The position numbers were made by a program, and so were the translations under genes. Shown here in pieces: positions 1 to 9,568 of a DNA stretch of 54,082 bases (the stretch's first letter is position 1; every line of letters starts with the position of its first letter). This DNA comes from Candidatus Binatia bacterium (GTDB taxonomy: Bacteria > Pseudomonadota > Alphaproteobacteria > Dongiales > Dongiaceae), in NCBI GenBank assembly GCA_035541335.1, contig DATKNM010000224.1, forward strand, positions 1 to 54,082, written 5' to 3'. The notes beneath the pieces are model-generated. The model did no database searches. It had not been told where the DNA came from and saw only the letters and a program-made list of their open reading frames with translations.

Positions 1-1071
1 ATCGACTATTGCAACGACCGGCTGGTGGACTTCACCGGGTTCACGGCGGCCGACATCATGGGCGACGGCTGGAAGAAGCTGCTCCATCCCGACGATGTGG
101 AGCAGACCGCGCGGACATGGGAAGCGAGCGTCGCGACCGGCGTTCCCTTCCATGTCGAAGCCCGGCTGATCCATCCGGCGGATCGGATCTATCGCTGGTG
201 CGTGACCGACGCTCTTCCGCTCCAGGACGAGAGCGGGCGGATCGTCAAGTGGTACGGCGCCTGCGTCGACATGCACGACTGGAAGGAAGCGCAGGACGAG
301 CTGCGCGACACCCAGGCGGAGCTCGCGCATATGACGCGGGTGATGACCATGGGACATCTCACGGCCTCGATCGCCCACGAGCTCAACCAGCCCCTGGCTG
401 GCATCATCACCAATGCGAGCACGTGCCTGCGCATGCTGGCCGCCGAGCCCGCCAACGTGTCGGGTGCCCGCGAGACCGCGCGGCGGACGATCCGCGACGG
501 CAACCGGGCCGCGGAGGTCATCAGCCGGCTCCGGGCGCTCTTCAGCAAGCGCAGCACCGCCGTCGAGACGGTGGACCTGAACACGGCGATACAAGAGGTC
601 ATTGCCTTGACGGCGACCGAGCTCCAGCGGAACGGCGTGAGCTTGCGTCTCGAGCTGGCGGACGACCTCCCCTTCGTGAAGGGCGATCGGGTTCAGCTGC
701 AGCAGGTGATCATGAACCTCGTCTTGAACGCCGTGGAGGCGATGGACGGCGTGGCCGACCGGCTGAAGGAGCTCACGGTGGCGACCGAGCAAGATGGGAC
801 GGATCGCGTGCGCGTCGTCGTCCGGGATGTTGGCGTGGGCATCGATGCCGCGGCGGCCGCCAAGCTCTTCAACCCGTTCTACACGACCAAGGGCCACGGC
901 ATGGGCATCGGCCTCTCGGTCAGCCGCTCGATCGTCGAGCATCACCAGGGCCGGCTGTGGGCCGAGGCCAATGACGGCCCGGGCGCAACATTTCTGATCT
1001 CGATCCCGACGCGCCCGCATGGCGAGGCTCCGATGGAGCCTTCCGTGGCGCAGCCCGTGGGGCAAATATGA
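1..1071 (+). CDS. PAS-domain sensor histidine kinase (NodV/FixL-like), 5'-truncated by window
   Basis: Frame open from base 1. PAS/PAC end (YRWC...IVKWYGACVDMHD), H-box SIAHELNQPL, N-box QQVIMNLVLNAVEAM, G1/F/G2 boxes DVGVGI..LFNPFYTTKGHGMGIGLS. Confidence 0.95.
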   Translation: MDYCNDRLVDFTGFTAADIMGDGWKKLLHPDDVEQTARTWEASVATGVPFHVEARLIHPADRIYRWCVTDALPLQDESGRIVKWYGACVDMHDWKEAQDELRDTQAELAHMTRVMTMGHLTASIAHELNQPLAGIITNASTCLRMLAAEPANVSGARETARRTIRDGNRAAEVISRLRALFSKRSTAVETVDLNTAIQEVIALTATELQRNGVSLRLELADDLPFVKGDRVQLQQVIMNLVLNAVEAMDGVADRLKELTVATEQDGTDRVRVVVRDVGVGIDAAAAAKLFNPFYTTKGHGMGIGLSVSRSIVEHHQGRLWAEANDGPGATFLISIPTRPHGEAPMEPSVAQPVGQI

Positions 1072-1436
1072 TGCAGCAGCGCAAGTTCGTTGCCGTGGTC
1101 GATGACGACGAATCCGTTCGGGAATCGCTGCCTGATCTGATCCGCGAGTTCGGCTACGCGGCCGGAGGATTCTCATCGGCGGAGGAGTTCCTGGCGTCGG
1201 GAGACCTCACCGAGGCCGAATGCCTGGTGCTGGACATAGCGATGCCGGGGATGTCCGGGTTCGATCTCCAGCGGGAGCTGATCCGGCAGGAGCGGAAGAT
1301 CCCGATCGTCTTCATCACCGCCCATGGCGACGAGGCGGTCCGCGTGCGGGTCCGCGCGCGGGGCACCGTCGAGTGCCTGCTGAAGCCGTTCAGCGACACA
1401 GCATTGCTGGAGGCGCTACAGGCGGTCTTGAAATAA
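1068..1436 (+). CDS. Single-domain response regulator receiver
   Basis: VVDDD, phospho-Asp LVLDIAMPGMSG, FITAH, LLKPF; ATGA overlap with kinase stop. Confidence 0.93.
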   Translation: MMQQRKFVAVVDDDESVRESLPDLIREFGYAAGGFSSAEEFLASGDLTEAECLVLDIAMPGMSGFDLQRELIRQERKIPIVFITAHGDEAVRVRVRARGTVECLLKPFSDTALLEALQAVLK

Positions 1437-1517
1437 TCCAACTGTCTTGCCGAATGAGACGGTGGGAGGCTATAAATGGAGGAATGCGTGTGGGGCGACA
1501 AGGCGGGTTTATCGGCC

Positions 1518-2135
1518 ATGCTGGACGTCACGCCGGTTGTCTATGTCGTCGATGATGACATTTCCGTTCGCGAGGCACTCGAAGGGCTGATCCAGGAAGC
1601 GGGCTGGCGGCCATCGGTGTTTTCCTCGGCGCGCGAATTTCTCGACCACCCGCGCACGCTCGGGCCGAGCTGCCTCATCCTCGATGTCACGCTGCCGGAC
1701 CTCAGCGGCCTCGAACTGCAGCAGCAGATCGCGTGTGAGCGGGCGGACCTGCCGATCATCTTCATAACCGGATATGGCGATGTGCCGATGACGGTTCGGG
1801 CGATGAAGGCGGGCGCCATGGAGTTCCTGACCAAGCCGTTCGGCGACGAGGTGCTGCTGGACGCCGTCCGCGACGCCCTGGGTCGAAGCTCGATCGCCCT
1901 GGACACCGCGGCCGACATGCAGCGGCTCCACGACCGCTACGCCTCGCTCAGCGGACGCGAGCGCGAGGTGATGGGGCTGGTGGTCACCGGCTTGATGAAC
2001 AAGCAGGTCGGCGGTCATCTCGGCATCAGCGAGATCACCGTCAAGGCGCATCGCGGCCGCGTGATGCGCAAGATGAAGGCGGGTTCGCTGGCCGACCTGG
2101 TCAACATCGCCGCCAAGCTCGGCATTCCGCGCTAG
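1518..2135 (+). CDS. FixJ/NodW-family response regulator (REC + LuxR HTH)
   Basis: VYVVDDD, LILDVTLPDLSG, RAMKAGAMEFLTKPF, LSGREREV..GLMNKQVG..ISEITVKAHRGRVMRKM. Start could also be 1476. Confidence 0.93.
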   Translation: MLDVTPVVYVVDDDISVREALEGLIQEAGWRPSVFSSAREFLDHPRTLGPSCLILDVTLPDLSGLELQQQIACERADLPIIFITGYGDVPMTVRAMKAGAMEFLTKPFGDEVLLDAVRDALGRSSIALDTAADMQRLHDRYASLSGREREVMGLVVTGLMNKQVGGHLGISEITVKAHRGRVMRKMKAGSLADLVNIAAKLGIPR

Positions 2136-2157
2136 CCGACGGCGCCTCGTCGCCGAC

Positions 2158-2189
2158 ACCAAAGTATCCGCAATACCTTCGTCCGATGG
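2158..2189. promoter_or_regulatory. Palindromic operator copy 1 (ACCAAAGTATC-CGC-AATACCTTCGT)
   Basis: Near-identical to 3151 and 4301; begins 105 bp before the ATG at 2263. Confidence 0.7.
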
Positions 2190-2262
2190 ACGCGCCGTGC
2201 AATGCCGGCCAGTTTTCGTCCGACCGGGATCGGCCCGGCGCATCCATGACCGGAGGCCAGAC

Positions 2263-3102
2263 ATGTATGACAGCGAACCCTCCCGGCAGTTCCGCCTCGA
2301 ACGCCGTTCCGCCGCCTATTGGCGCGTCATCTTCGACAACCCGCCGCTGAACATCTTCGGCCCGGAGAACATGCCGGCCCTGAACGCCGCGGTCGCCGCC
2401 CTCGAATCCGATCGCGAGGTCAAGGTCGTGGTGTTCGACAGCGCGGTCGAAGGCTTCTTCATCACCCACTATAACTTCCACGCCAAGCCGGAGGACACGC
2501 TGGACCTGCCGCCGGGACTGACCGGCCTGCAGCAGCTGCCGGACGCGCTGGTCCGCATCAGCCGCGCGCCGGTCGTGTCGATCGCCAAGATCCGCGGCCG
2601 TGCGACCGGGGTCGGGAGCGAGCTCGCGCTCGCCAGCGACATGCGCTTCGCCAGTCGCGAGAAGGCGATCCTGTCGCAGTGGGAAGTCGGCGCCGGACTG
2701 GTGCCGGGCGGCGGGCCGATGGCGCGCCTGCCGCGCCTCATCGGCCGCGGCCGGGCATTGGAGGTGCTGCTCGGCGCCGACGACATTCCCGGCGACCTCG
2801 CCGAGCGCTACGGCTACGTCAACCGGGCGCTGCCCGATGCGGAGCTCGACGACTTCGTCGAGGCGCTCGCACAGCGGATCGCCTCCTTCGACAAGCATGC
2901 CATCGCCGAGACCAAGCGCCTCGTCAACATCGCCAGCCTGCCGCCCGATGCGGAGATCGCGCCGGAATGGGACGCGTTCATGACGTCGCTTGCCCGGCCG
3001 GCGACCCAGGCCCGGATCAAGCAGCTGATGGAGCGCGGCTTCCACAAGCCCGGCGACGTCGAGACGCGTCTCGGATACCACGTCGGCCAGCTCGGTCGCT
3101 GA
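2263..3102 (+). CDS. Enoyl-CoA hydratase/isomerase (crotonase) family protein
   Basis: FDNPPLN, IRGRATGVGSELALASDMRFA, EVGAGLVPGGG, ALEVLLGADD; GGAGG RBS before ATG 2263. Confidence 0.9.
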   Translation: MYDSEPSRQFRLERRSAAYWRVIFDNPPLNIFGPENMPALNAAVAALESDREVKVVVFDSAVEGFFITHYNFHAKPEDTLDLPPGLTGLQQLPDALVRISRAPVVSIAKIRGRATGVGSELALASDMRFASREKAILSQWEVGAGLVPGGGPMARLPRLIGRGRALEVLLGADDIPGDLAERYGYVNRALPDAELDDFVEALAQRIASFDKHAIAETKRLVNIASLPPDAEIAPEWDAFMTSLARPATQARIKQLMERGFHKPGDVETRLGYHVGQLGR

Positions 3103-3146
3103 CATCGCCGGCGCAGCGTCGATTTTCGGAGATTCCCCCGGTCCAT

Positions 3147-3179
3147 TCGGACCAAGGTATCGCTGATACCTTGGTCCGA
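3147..3179. promoter_or_regulatory. Palindromic operator copy 2, perfect 15-bp inverted repeat TCGGACCAAGGTATC-GCT-GATACCTTGGTCCGA
   Basis: Perfect inverted repeat seen directly; core starts 101 bp before the ATG at 3252. Confidence 0.75.
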
Positions 3180-3251
3180 TGGTCCTGCGCCGGGGCGCCG
3201 GTCAGACTGGAGAAGAACATGCTCCGTTGTGCCAAGGGAGAGCATCCATAG

Positions 3252-3707
3252 ATGAGCCAGATTGCCAACGGCCATGCCGCCGCGTTGCAGCCCGATCCGG
3301 CCCGACCGATCGCGCTGCGCTCAATCCGCCCGGACGAAGTCGAGTGGAAGCCGTTCGCGGCATTTCCGCCGTCGGCGCGTCTCGCTGTCCTGGTCGGGCA
3401 TCCGACCGAGCCCGGCCTCTACGTCGTCCGGGTGAAGGTGCCGGACGGGGTCAAGCTGATGCCGCACCGGCATCCGGAGGACCGGATCTACACGGTGATG
3501 TCCGGCGTCTTCTACATCGGCGTCGGCGCGGAATTCGACGCGGGCAAGCTCACGGCCTATGCGCCGGGAAGCATCGTTCTCCTTCCCGGCGGCACGTCGC
3601 ACTTCCACTGGGCGCGCTCCGGCGAGTACGTCACCCAGGTGATGGGCGTCGGGCCGCTCGGCATCGACTACGTGAACGTCCACGACGATCCACGGACGCC
3701 CCGATGA
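3252..3707 (+). CDS. Cupin domain protein
   Basis: Cupin metal motifs PHRHPEDRIYTVMSG and GSIVLLPGGTSHFH; GGGAG RBS. Confidence 0.9.
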   Translation: MSQIANGHAAALQPDPARPIALRSIRPDEVEWKPFAAFPPSARLAVLVGHPTEPGLYVVRVKVPDGVKLMPHRHPEDRIYTVMSGVFYIGVGAEFDAGKLTAYAPGSIVLLPGGTSHFHWARSGEYVTQVMGVGPLGIDYVNVHDDPRTPR

Positions 3708-4348
3708 ATACCTCGGCCGGGCGGCGACTGGTTCATTCCGGCCAGGGCGAACATGATCGCGACGGCTTCGGCGCCGCCTCGATCGAGGCCTGGCCGGCGG
3801 CGGGTGGCGGGCTCCTGGTGGGTGCGGCCGAGCCGGCCTTTGTGGGCGATGCGCCGCTGCGCCGGGCCATCAAGACCATCTTCCTCCGGATCGACAGCAA
3901 CGAGATCGCCGCACTCACCCTGCCTTACGTGGCGCTTGAAGACGAAGCGCGCGGCTGCATGCGGGCGCTGGTTGCGGCGGAGCTTTCCCTTTCCGAGCAC
4001 CGGATCGAAGTGCGGGGCGCTGACAATACTTCGGCGCCGACGGCGAGACATGGAGCGCACCATCGGATCGTCGATATCGCCCCGCATGCGGAGCACAGCC
4101 TCCAGGCCTGCGCTGCCGGCGCGCGGATGCTCCTGCTTTCCGCGGCGGCGGATGCGTGGGGCCTGCCCGTCGCGCTGTGCCGGGTCGCCGAGGGTTACGT
4201 GTTCGGCGGCGATCGGGCCGCGGGCTATGGCGTCATCGCTGCCGACGCGGCCTTGTGTCGTTTGCCGCGATCATTGCGCTTGCGCAGCGGGCGGGCTGAT
4301 ACGAAGGTCTCGCCGATACCAATGGGCAAGTGTCTCGCCGATGGATGA
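3704..4348 (+). pseudogene. Degenerate N-terminal fragment of a molybdopterin aldehyde/isoquinoline oxidoreductase beta (IorB-like) subunit
   Basis: AAGGGLLVG, FLRID..ALTLP, LVAAEL, ARMLLLSAAADAWGLPVALC..GYGVIAADAA resemble IorB, but the EMGQG motif is absent and it is far shorter than a full subunit. ATGA-coupled to the cupin. Confidence 0.5.
4301..4325. promoter_or_regulatory. Palindromic operator copy 3 (ACGAAGGTCTC-GCC-GATACC)
   Basis: Degenerate match to copies 1 and 2; 98 bp before the ATG at 4399. Confidence 0.6.
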
Positions 4349-4398
4349 CGACCCAATATCTCGATCCCGAACCCAATCGACGGCAAAGGAGCAGAGAC

Positions 4399-5112
4399 AT
4401 GAAGATCCTGATGGTATTCACCTCGCACGACATCCTCGGCAATACCGGCCGCAAGACCGGCTTCTGGCTCGAGGAGGGTGCGGCGCCCTATTACGTGTTC
4501 AAGGATGCCGGCGTCGAGCTGACCCTCGCTTCGCCCAGGGGCGGGCAACCGCCGGTCGATCCGAAGAGCGACCTTCCGGAGAATCAGACGCCGGCGATGA
4601 CGCGGTTCAAGCAGGACGCCGCCGCGCAGAAGGTCTTCGCCAACACCGCGAAGCTGAAGGACATGCGCGCCGAGGACTTCGACGCGATCTTCTATCCGGG
4701 CGGCCACGGGCCGATGTGGGACCTGGTGGACAACCCCGATTCCATCGCCCTCATCGAATCCTTCTACAACTCGGGCAAGCCGGTCGCCGCCGTTTGCCAC
4801 GCGCCGGCGGTGCTGCATCGAGTGATGATCGACGGCCAGCCGATCGTGAAGGGGAAGCGCGTCACCGGCTTCGCCAACTCCGAGGAGGAGGAGGTGCAGC
4901 TGACCCACGTCGTGCCGTTCCTGGTCGAGGATGAGCTGAAGCGGCTCGGCGGCCTCTTCGAGAAAGCGCCGAAGAACTGGCAGCCCTTCGCCATCACCGA
5001 CGGCCGCCTGGTCACCGGCCAGAATCCGGCCTCCTCCACCACCGGTGCCCAGCATCTGCTGGCGCTGCTCGGCAAGATGCAGCCTTCGGCGCGCGCCTCC
5101 AGCGCCGCCTGA
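4399..5112 (+). CDS. DJ-1/PfpI (Hsp31-like, type 1 glutamine amidotransferase domain) protein
   Basis: KTGFWLEE, FYPGGHGPMWDL, nucleophile VCHAP, LVTGQNPAS; AAGGAG RBS. Confidence 0.93.
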   Translation: MKILMVFTSHDILGNTGRKTGFWLEEGAAPYYVFKDAGVELTLASPRGGQPPVDPKSDLPENQTPAMTRFKQDAAAQKVFANTAKLKDMRAEDFDAIFYPGGHGPMWDLVDNPDSIALIESFYNSGKPVAAVCHAPAVLHRVMIDGQPIVKGKRVTGFANSEEEEVQLTHVVPFLVEDELKRLGGLFEKAPKNWQPFAITDGRLVTGQNPASSTTGAQHLLALLGKMQPSARASSAA

Positions 5113-5123
5113 TCGCGCAAACG

Positions 5124-5158
5124 AAAACTCCGCCCGGCGATGTCACCGCCGGGCGGAG
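5124..5158 (-). terminator. Intrinsic terminator between convergent DJ-1 gene and msrA
   Basis: 12-bp stem CTCCGCCCGGCG/CGCCGGGCGGAG, 7-nt loop, AAAA on the left (U-tract on minus strand). Confidence 0.7.
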
Positions 5159-5179
5159 GACGTGACGCAAATTCCTTAT

Positions 5180-5701
5180 CTATTCCGCGGCGTTCGACTT
5201 CACCTTGCGCTCCGGCAGCTTCCAGTCCGGGCGGATGAAGTGGCAGGTATAGCCGTTGGGATAGCGCTCCAGGTAATCCTGGTGCTCGGGCTCGGCCTCC
5301 CAGAACGGCCCGACCGGAGCCACTTCGGTGACGACCTTGCCCGGCCACAGGCCGGAGGCATTGACGTCGGCGATGGTGTCCTCTGCGACACGCTTCTGTT
5401 CCGGGCTCGTGTAGAAGATCGCCGAGCGATAGCTGGCGCCGCGGTCGTTGCCCTGGCGATTGAGCGTGGTCGGATCGTGGATCTGGAAGAAGAACTCCAG
5501 CAGCCGACGAAAGCTGATGCGCGCCGGATCGAAGACGATCTCGATCGCCTCGGCATGGCTGCCATGGTTGCGGTAGGTGGCGTTGGGCACGTCGCCGCCG
5601 CTGTAGCCGACGCGGGTCGAGATCACGCCGTCAGTGCGGCGGATCAGATCCTGCATGCCCCAGAAGCAGCCGCCGGCCAGCACCGCGCGTTCCTGTGTCA
5701 T
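5180..5701 (-). CDS. msrA: Peptide methionine sulfoxide reductase A
   Basis: [50 protein letters not shown]; GGAGG RBS before ATG 5701. Confidence 0.96.
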   Translation of the reverse strand: MTQERAVLAGGCFWGMQDLIRRTDGVISTRVGYSGGDVPNATYRNHGSHAEAIEIVFDPARISFRRLLEFFFQIHDPTTLNRQGNDRGASYRSAIFYTSPEQKRVAEDTIADVNASGLWPGKVVTEVAPVGPFWEAEPEHQDYLERYPNGYTCHFIRPDWKLPERKVKSNAAE

Positions 5702-5876
5702 CGCATGTCCTCCATGTGATTTATGCACGTGGTCTATGTGGTTTGTCGGCTCCGTCGCGCCCGGATCCTGAGCGGCGAGCGGAAGCGGGGCCGCGTCGAT
5801 CGAAGAGCCTAGGCCACCCCAATCCGGCAGTCCATCGGCGCAGATCCCCATATGGGGAGCCGGCCGTCTTCTTTCA

Positions 5877-5913
5877 ATCGATCCAGTCGATCAATACGTT
5901 CAGTCTTATCCAT
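5877..5913. promoter_or_regulatory. Putative OxyR-type site upstream of ahpC
   Basis: ATCG-N7-CGAT-N7-TTCA-N7-CCAT versus OxyR ATAG-N7-CTAT-N7-ATAG-N7-CTAT, in the AT-rich msrA/ahpC divergent region. Confidence 0.5.
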
Positions 5914-5995
5914 TTTACTGTTTATGGAATAATTCTAAATTGATCGCACGAAGGCGGTGCCTTCGCCAATCCTTTCAACACCCTAGGGAAATGCC

Positions 5996-6559
5996 ATGTC
6001 TCTCGTGAATACCAAGGTCAAGCCGTTCAAAGCCCAGGCGTTCAAAGCCGGGAAGTTCGTCGAGGTAAGCGACGCCGACCTCGCCGGCAAGTGGTCGGTC
6101 TTCTTCTTCTATCCGGCCGATTTCACCTTCGTCTGCCCGACCGAGCTCGGCGACGTCGCCGATCACTATCAGGAGTTCCAGAAGCTCGGCGTCGAGATCT
6201 ACGGCGTCTCCACCGACACCCACTTCACCCACAAGGCCTGGCACGATACCTCCGATACGATCGCCAAGGTCCGCTACTTCCTGGTCGGCGATCCGACCCA
6301 TCAGATCAGCACCAATTTCGAGGTGCTGCGTCCGGGCCAGGGTCTGGCCGACCGGGCGACCTTCATCGTCGATCCGGAGGGCGTCATCCAGGCCATGGAG
6401 ATCACCGCCGAGGGCATCGGACGCGACGCCTCCGATCTCCTCCGGAAGGTGAAGGCTGCGCAGTACGTGGCGGCGCATCCGGGCGAGGTCTGCCCCGCGA
6501 AGTGGAAGGAAGGCGCGAAGACGCTGGCGCCGTCCCTCGAGCTCGTCGGCAAGATCTGA
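5996..6559 (+). CDS. ahpC: Alkyl hydroperoxide reductase C (2-Cys peroxiredoxin)
   Basis: [14 protein letters not shown] and GEVCPAKW; 187 aa. Confidence 0.98.
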   Translation: MSLVNTKVKPFKAQAFKAGKFVEVSDADLAGKWSVFFFYPADFTFVCPTELGDVADHYQEFQKLGVEIYGVSTDTHFTHKAWHDTSDTIAKVRYFLVGDPTHQISTNFEVLRPGQGLADRATFIVDPEGVIQAMEITAEGIGRDASDLLRKVKAAQYVAAHPGEVCPAKWKEGAKTLAPSLELVGKI

Positions 6560-6578
6560 TCTCTGCCCAGTCCGGGAC

Positions 6579-6604
6579 CGGCCTTCCCCGCGCGGGGAAG
6601 GCCG
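6579..6604. other. Perfect 26-bp palindrome in the ahpC-ahpF spacer
   Basis: CGGCCTTCCCCGC-GCGGGGAAGGCCG, with no adjacent U-tract. Confidence 0.65.
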
Positions 6605-6703
6605 CGTGCCCCGGCTCGACTTCCCCGATTGGACTTTCCCCCACCTTCATCTCTTCACCCCGGCCAGGCATGACCGCCCGCGGCCGACCGCCGGAGAACG
6701 ACC

Positions 6704-8311
6704 ATGCTTGACGACACCATGAAGACGCAGCTCAAGGCCTATCTCGAACGGCTGGTGCGCCCGGTCGAGATCACGGCCTATGCCGACGGCGGCGCGAGCT
6801 CACATGAGATGATGGAGCTGCTGAACGACATCGTGCCGCTCTCCGACAAGATCACGCTGATCGAGCGGCGCGCGGCGGACGGGGAGCGTGCACCCTCGTT
6901 CTCCTTGTCCAGCCCGGGCCATGACACCCATCTGACCTTCGCCGGCCTTCCCATGGGCCATGAGTTCACCTCGCTGGTGCTGGCGCTGCTGCAGGTCGGC
7001 GGCTATCCGCCGAAGGTGGAGGAAGCGCTCGCCCAGCAGATCAAAGCGCTGAAGGGCGAATTCACCTTCGAGACCTACTTCTCGCAGTCCTGCCAGAACT
7101 GCCCGGATGTGGTGCAGGCGCTGAACCTGATGGCGGTGCTGAACCCCGGCATCCGCCACGTCGCCATCGACGGGGCGCTGTTCGAGGTCGAGGTGCAGTC
7201 GCGCCAGGTCATGTCGGTGCCGACCGTCTATCTCAACGGGCAGCTGTTCGGCCAGGGCCGCATGGGGCCGGATGAGATCTTCGCCAAGCTCGACACCGGC
7301 GCCGCGGCGCGCGCGGCCGAGCGCCTGAAGGCAATGGACACCTTCGACGTGCTGGTGGTCGGCGGCGGTCCCGCCGGGGCAGCGGCCTCCATCTACGCCG
7401 CTCGCAAGGGCATCCGCACCGGCATCGCCGCCGAGCGCTTCGGCGGCCAGGTGCTGGACACGATGGGCATCGAGAATTTCATCTCCGTTCCCTACACGGA
7501 GGGCCCCAAGCTCGCCGTGGCCCTCGAGCAGCATGTGCGCGACTACGACGTCGAGGTGATGAACCTGCAGCGCGCGGTGAAGCTCGTGCCCGGCGACCTC
7601 GTCCCCGGTGGCCTCATCGAGGTGCAGCTCGCCGGCGGCGCCGCGTTGCGCGCGAAGACCGTCATCCTCTCCACCGGTGCACGCTGGCGGCAGATGGGCG
7701 TGCCGGGCGAGGAAGCCTATCGCAACAAGGGCGTCGCCTATTGCCCGCATTGCGACGGCCCGCTGTTCAAGGGCAAGCGCGTGGCGGTGGTGGGCGGCGG
7801 CAATTCCGGCGTCGAGGCGGCGATCGACCTTGCGGGCATCGTCGCCCATGTGACGCTGCTCGAGTTCGACGCCAGGCTCCGGGCCGACGACGTCCTGCAG
7901 AGGAAGCTCAAGAGCCTGCCCAACGTCACCGTCGTCACCGCGGCGAAGACCACCGAGGTGACCGGCGACGGCCAGAGGGTGACCGGGCTCGTCTATGAGG
8001 ATCGCGGCGGCGGGCAAGTGCACAGGCTGGAGCTCGAAGGCATCTTCGTGCAGATCGGCCTGCTGCCGAACACCGAATGGCTGAAGGGCGCCGTCGATCT
8101 CTCTCCGCGTGGCGAGATCGAGGTCGATGCGCGTGGCCAGACCTCGGTGCCGGGCGTGTTCGCCGCCGGCGACTGCACCACCGTGCCCTACAAGCAGGTC
8201 GTCATCGCCATGGGCGAGGGCGCGAAGGCCTCGCTCTCGGCCTTCGATCATCTGATCCGAATCTCGGCGCCCAGCGAAACGGCCGGGAGGGCAGAGGCCA
8301 AGGTCGCCTGA
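6704..8311 (+). CDS. ahpF: Alkyl hydroperoxide reductase F
   Basis: [49 protein letters not shown]. Confidence 0.98.
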   Translation: MLDDTMKTQLKAYLERLVRPVEITAYADGGASSHEMMELLNDIVPLSDKITLIERRAADGERAPSFSLSSPGHDTHLTFAGLPMGHEFTSLVLALLQVGGYPPKVEEALAQQIKALKGEFTFETYFSQSCQNCPDVVQALNLMAVLNPGIRHVAIDGALFEVEVQSRQVMSVPTVYLNGQLFGQGRMGPDEIFAKLDTGAAARAAERLKAMDTFDVLVVGGGPAGAAASIYAARKGIRTGIAAERFGGQVLDTMGIENFISVPYTEGPKLAVALEQHVRDYDVEVMNLQRAVKLVPGDLVPGGLIEVQLAGGAALRAKTVILSTGARWRQMGVPGEEAYRNKGVAYCPHCDGPLFKGKRVAVVGGGNSGVEAAIDLAGIVAHVTLLEFDARLRADDVLQRKLKSLPNVTVVTAAKTTEVTGDGQRVTGLVYEDRGGGQVHRLELEGIFVQIGLLPNTEWLKGAVDLSPRGEIEVDARGQTSVPGVFAAGDCTTVPYKQVVIAMGEGAKASLSAFDHLIRISAPSETAGRAEAKVA

Positions 8312-8399
8312 CGCACTGGGCGGAAAGGGGTCGCCGGCGGAACAACTTCCGCCGGCCCAGCCGATTGACCGGGGAGTTATCCGATCCTTATAGTTAAGG

Positions 8400-8572
8400 G
8401 GATGGTTCCCCGACGGATGAAGTCCAGGGGATTGAATGTGGAACACGGTGCGGACGACCCAAGAGGGGCCAAAGCCGTGGCTGCCCCCGCAACTGTGAGC
8501 GGATAGCCGAGCGCCATCTGAAGACCACTGGAGGACTCTTCGGGGTTTCTGGGAAGGTCGGCGCAAGGCGAG
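8400..8572 (+). ncRNA. Cobalamin (B12) riboswitch, 3' end apparently deleted
   Basis: GGAACACGGTGC...CCGTGGCTGCCCCCGCAACTGT...CCACTG...GGGAAGG; the terminal AGYCAGNAGACCTGCC-type B12 box is missing. Upstream of cbtB/cbtA. Confidence 0.85.
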
Positions 8573-8573
8573 G

Positions 8574-8741
8574 ATTCCCCTCGGCGAGATTGTTCCCTGG
8601 GCCGTCTTCGTCGGCCTGCTCTGTCTCTTTGCGCTCTATTTCGTCGGCGCCGAGGAAGGCGCCACCTCCCTCGTCAAGGGCATGGCCGTGCACGAATGGG
8701 TGCACGACGGCCGGCATCTGCTCGGCTTTCCCTGCCACTAG
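8574..8741 (+). pseudogene. cbtB: Cobalt transporter small subunit CbtB, no start codon
   Basis: Reads IPLGEIVPWAVFVGLLCLFALYFVGAEEGA...VHEWVHDGRHLLGFPCH*; no in-frame ATG/GTG/TTG back to the TGA at 8496. Confidence 0.8.
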
Positions 8742-8759
8742 TCCCATCGGACCAGTCCC

Positions 8760-9568
8760 ATGTTGAGGACTTTGCTCGTCCGCGGGATGATCGTGGGCGT
8801 GATCGCTGGCCTGCTGGCATTCGGCATGGCCAGGGTCTTCGGTGAGCCGCAGGTGGATAAGGCGATCGCCTTCGAAGCCTGGCTCGATCAACACAAGGCG
8901 GCGTCGGCTGGAGCCGATGCCGCCAACAGCGGTGCCGCCGCTATGTCCGGCATGCCGGGCATGGACCAGCACCAGGACGGCGGCGACGAAGAGGTCGTCA
9001 GCCGTCCGACGCAGGCGAGCTGGGGCCTGCTGACCGCGGTGCTGGTCTATGGCGCCTCGTTCGGTGGATCTTCGCGCTGGTCTATGCGTTCGCGCTCGGG
9101 CGCTTCACCGGCGTCAGTCCGCGCGGACTGGCGGCGCTGCTCGCGCTGGCGGCCTTCATCACCATCGCGCTTGTGCCGGACCTCAAGTATCCGGCCAATC
9201 CGCCGACCGTCGGCCAGGCGGAGACGATCGGGCCCCGCACCGGCCTCTATCTGTCGATGCTGGTGGTCTCGATCGGCGGGATGGTGTCGGCGATCCTGAC
9301 CGGGCGCAGCCTCTATCCCCGGCACGGGTTGTGGAACGCCGCCCTCGCCGGGGCGGCGCTCTATATTGCCGTCGTCGCCGTCGCGCAGCTCCTGCTGCCC
9401 GACGTGCATGAAGTGCCGGATGCGTTCCCGGCGGTCGTCCTCTGGCGTTTCCGGATTGCCAATCTCGGCATCCAGGCCGTGCTCTGGACGACGATGGGCC
9501 TCCTGTTCGGCTACCTGACCGAACGCAGCCTGCAGGCGCGGCGCAACGTCCTTCGCGCCGCCGAATAG
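8760..9568 (+). pseudogene. cbtA: Cobalt transporter CbtA, frameshift near 9067
   Basis: MLRTLLVRGMIVG...GEPQVDKAIAFE...VVSRPTQ...GASFGG, continuing in another frame as IFALVYAF...PDLKYPANPPTVG...LWRFR. Confidence 0.85.

Noticed and set aside
9040-9080. Programmed frameshift in cbtA
   Set aside because: No slippery run; upstream cbtB and riboswitch are also broken, so mutation or sequencing error is more likely.
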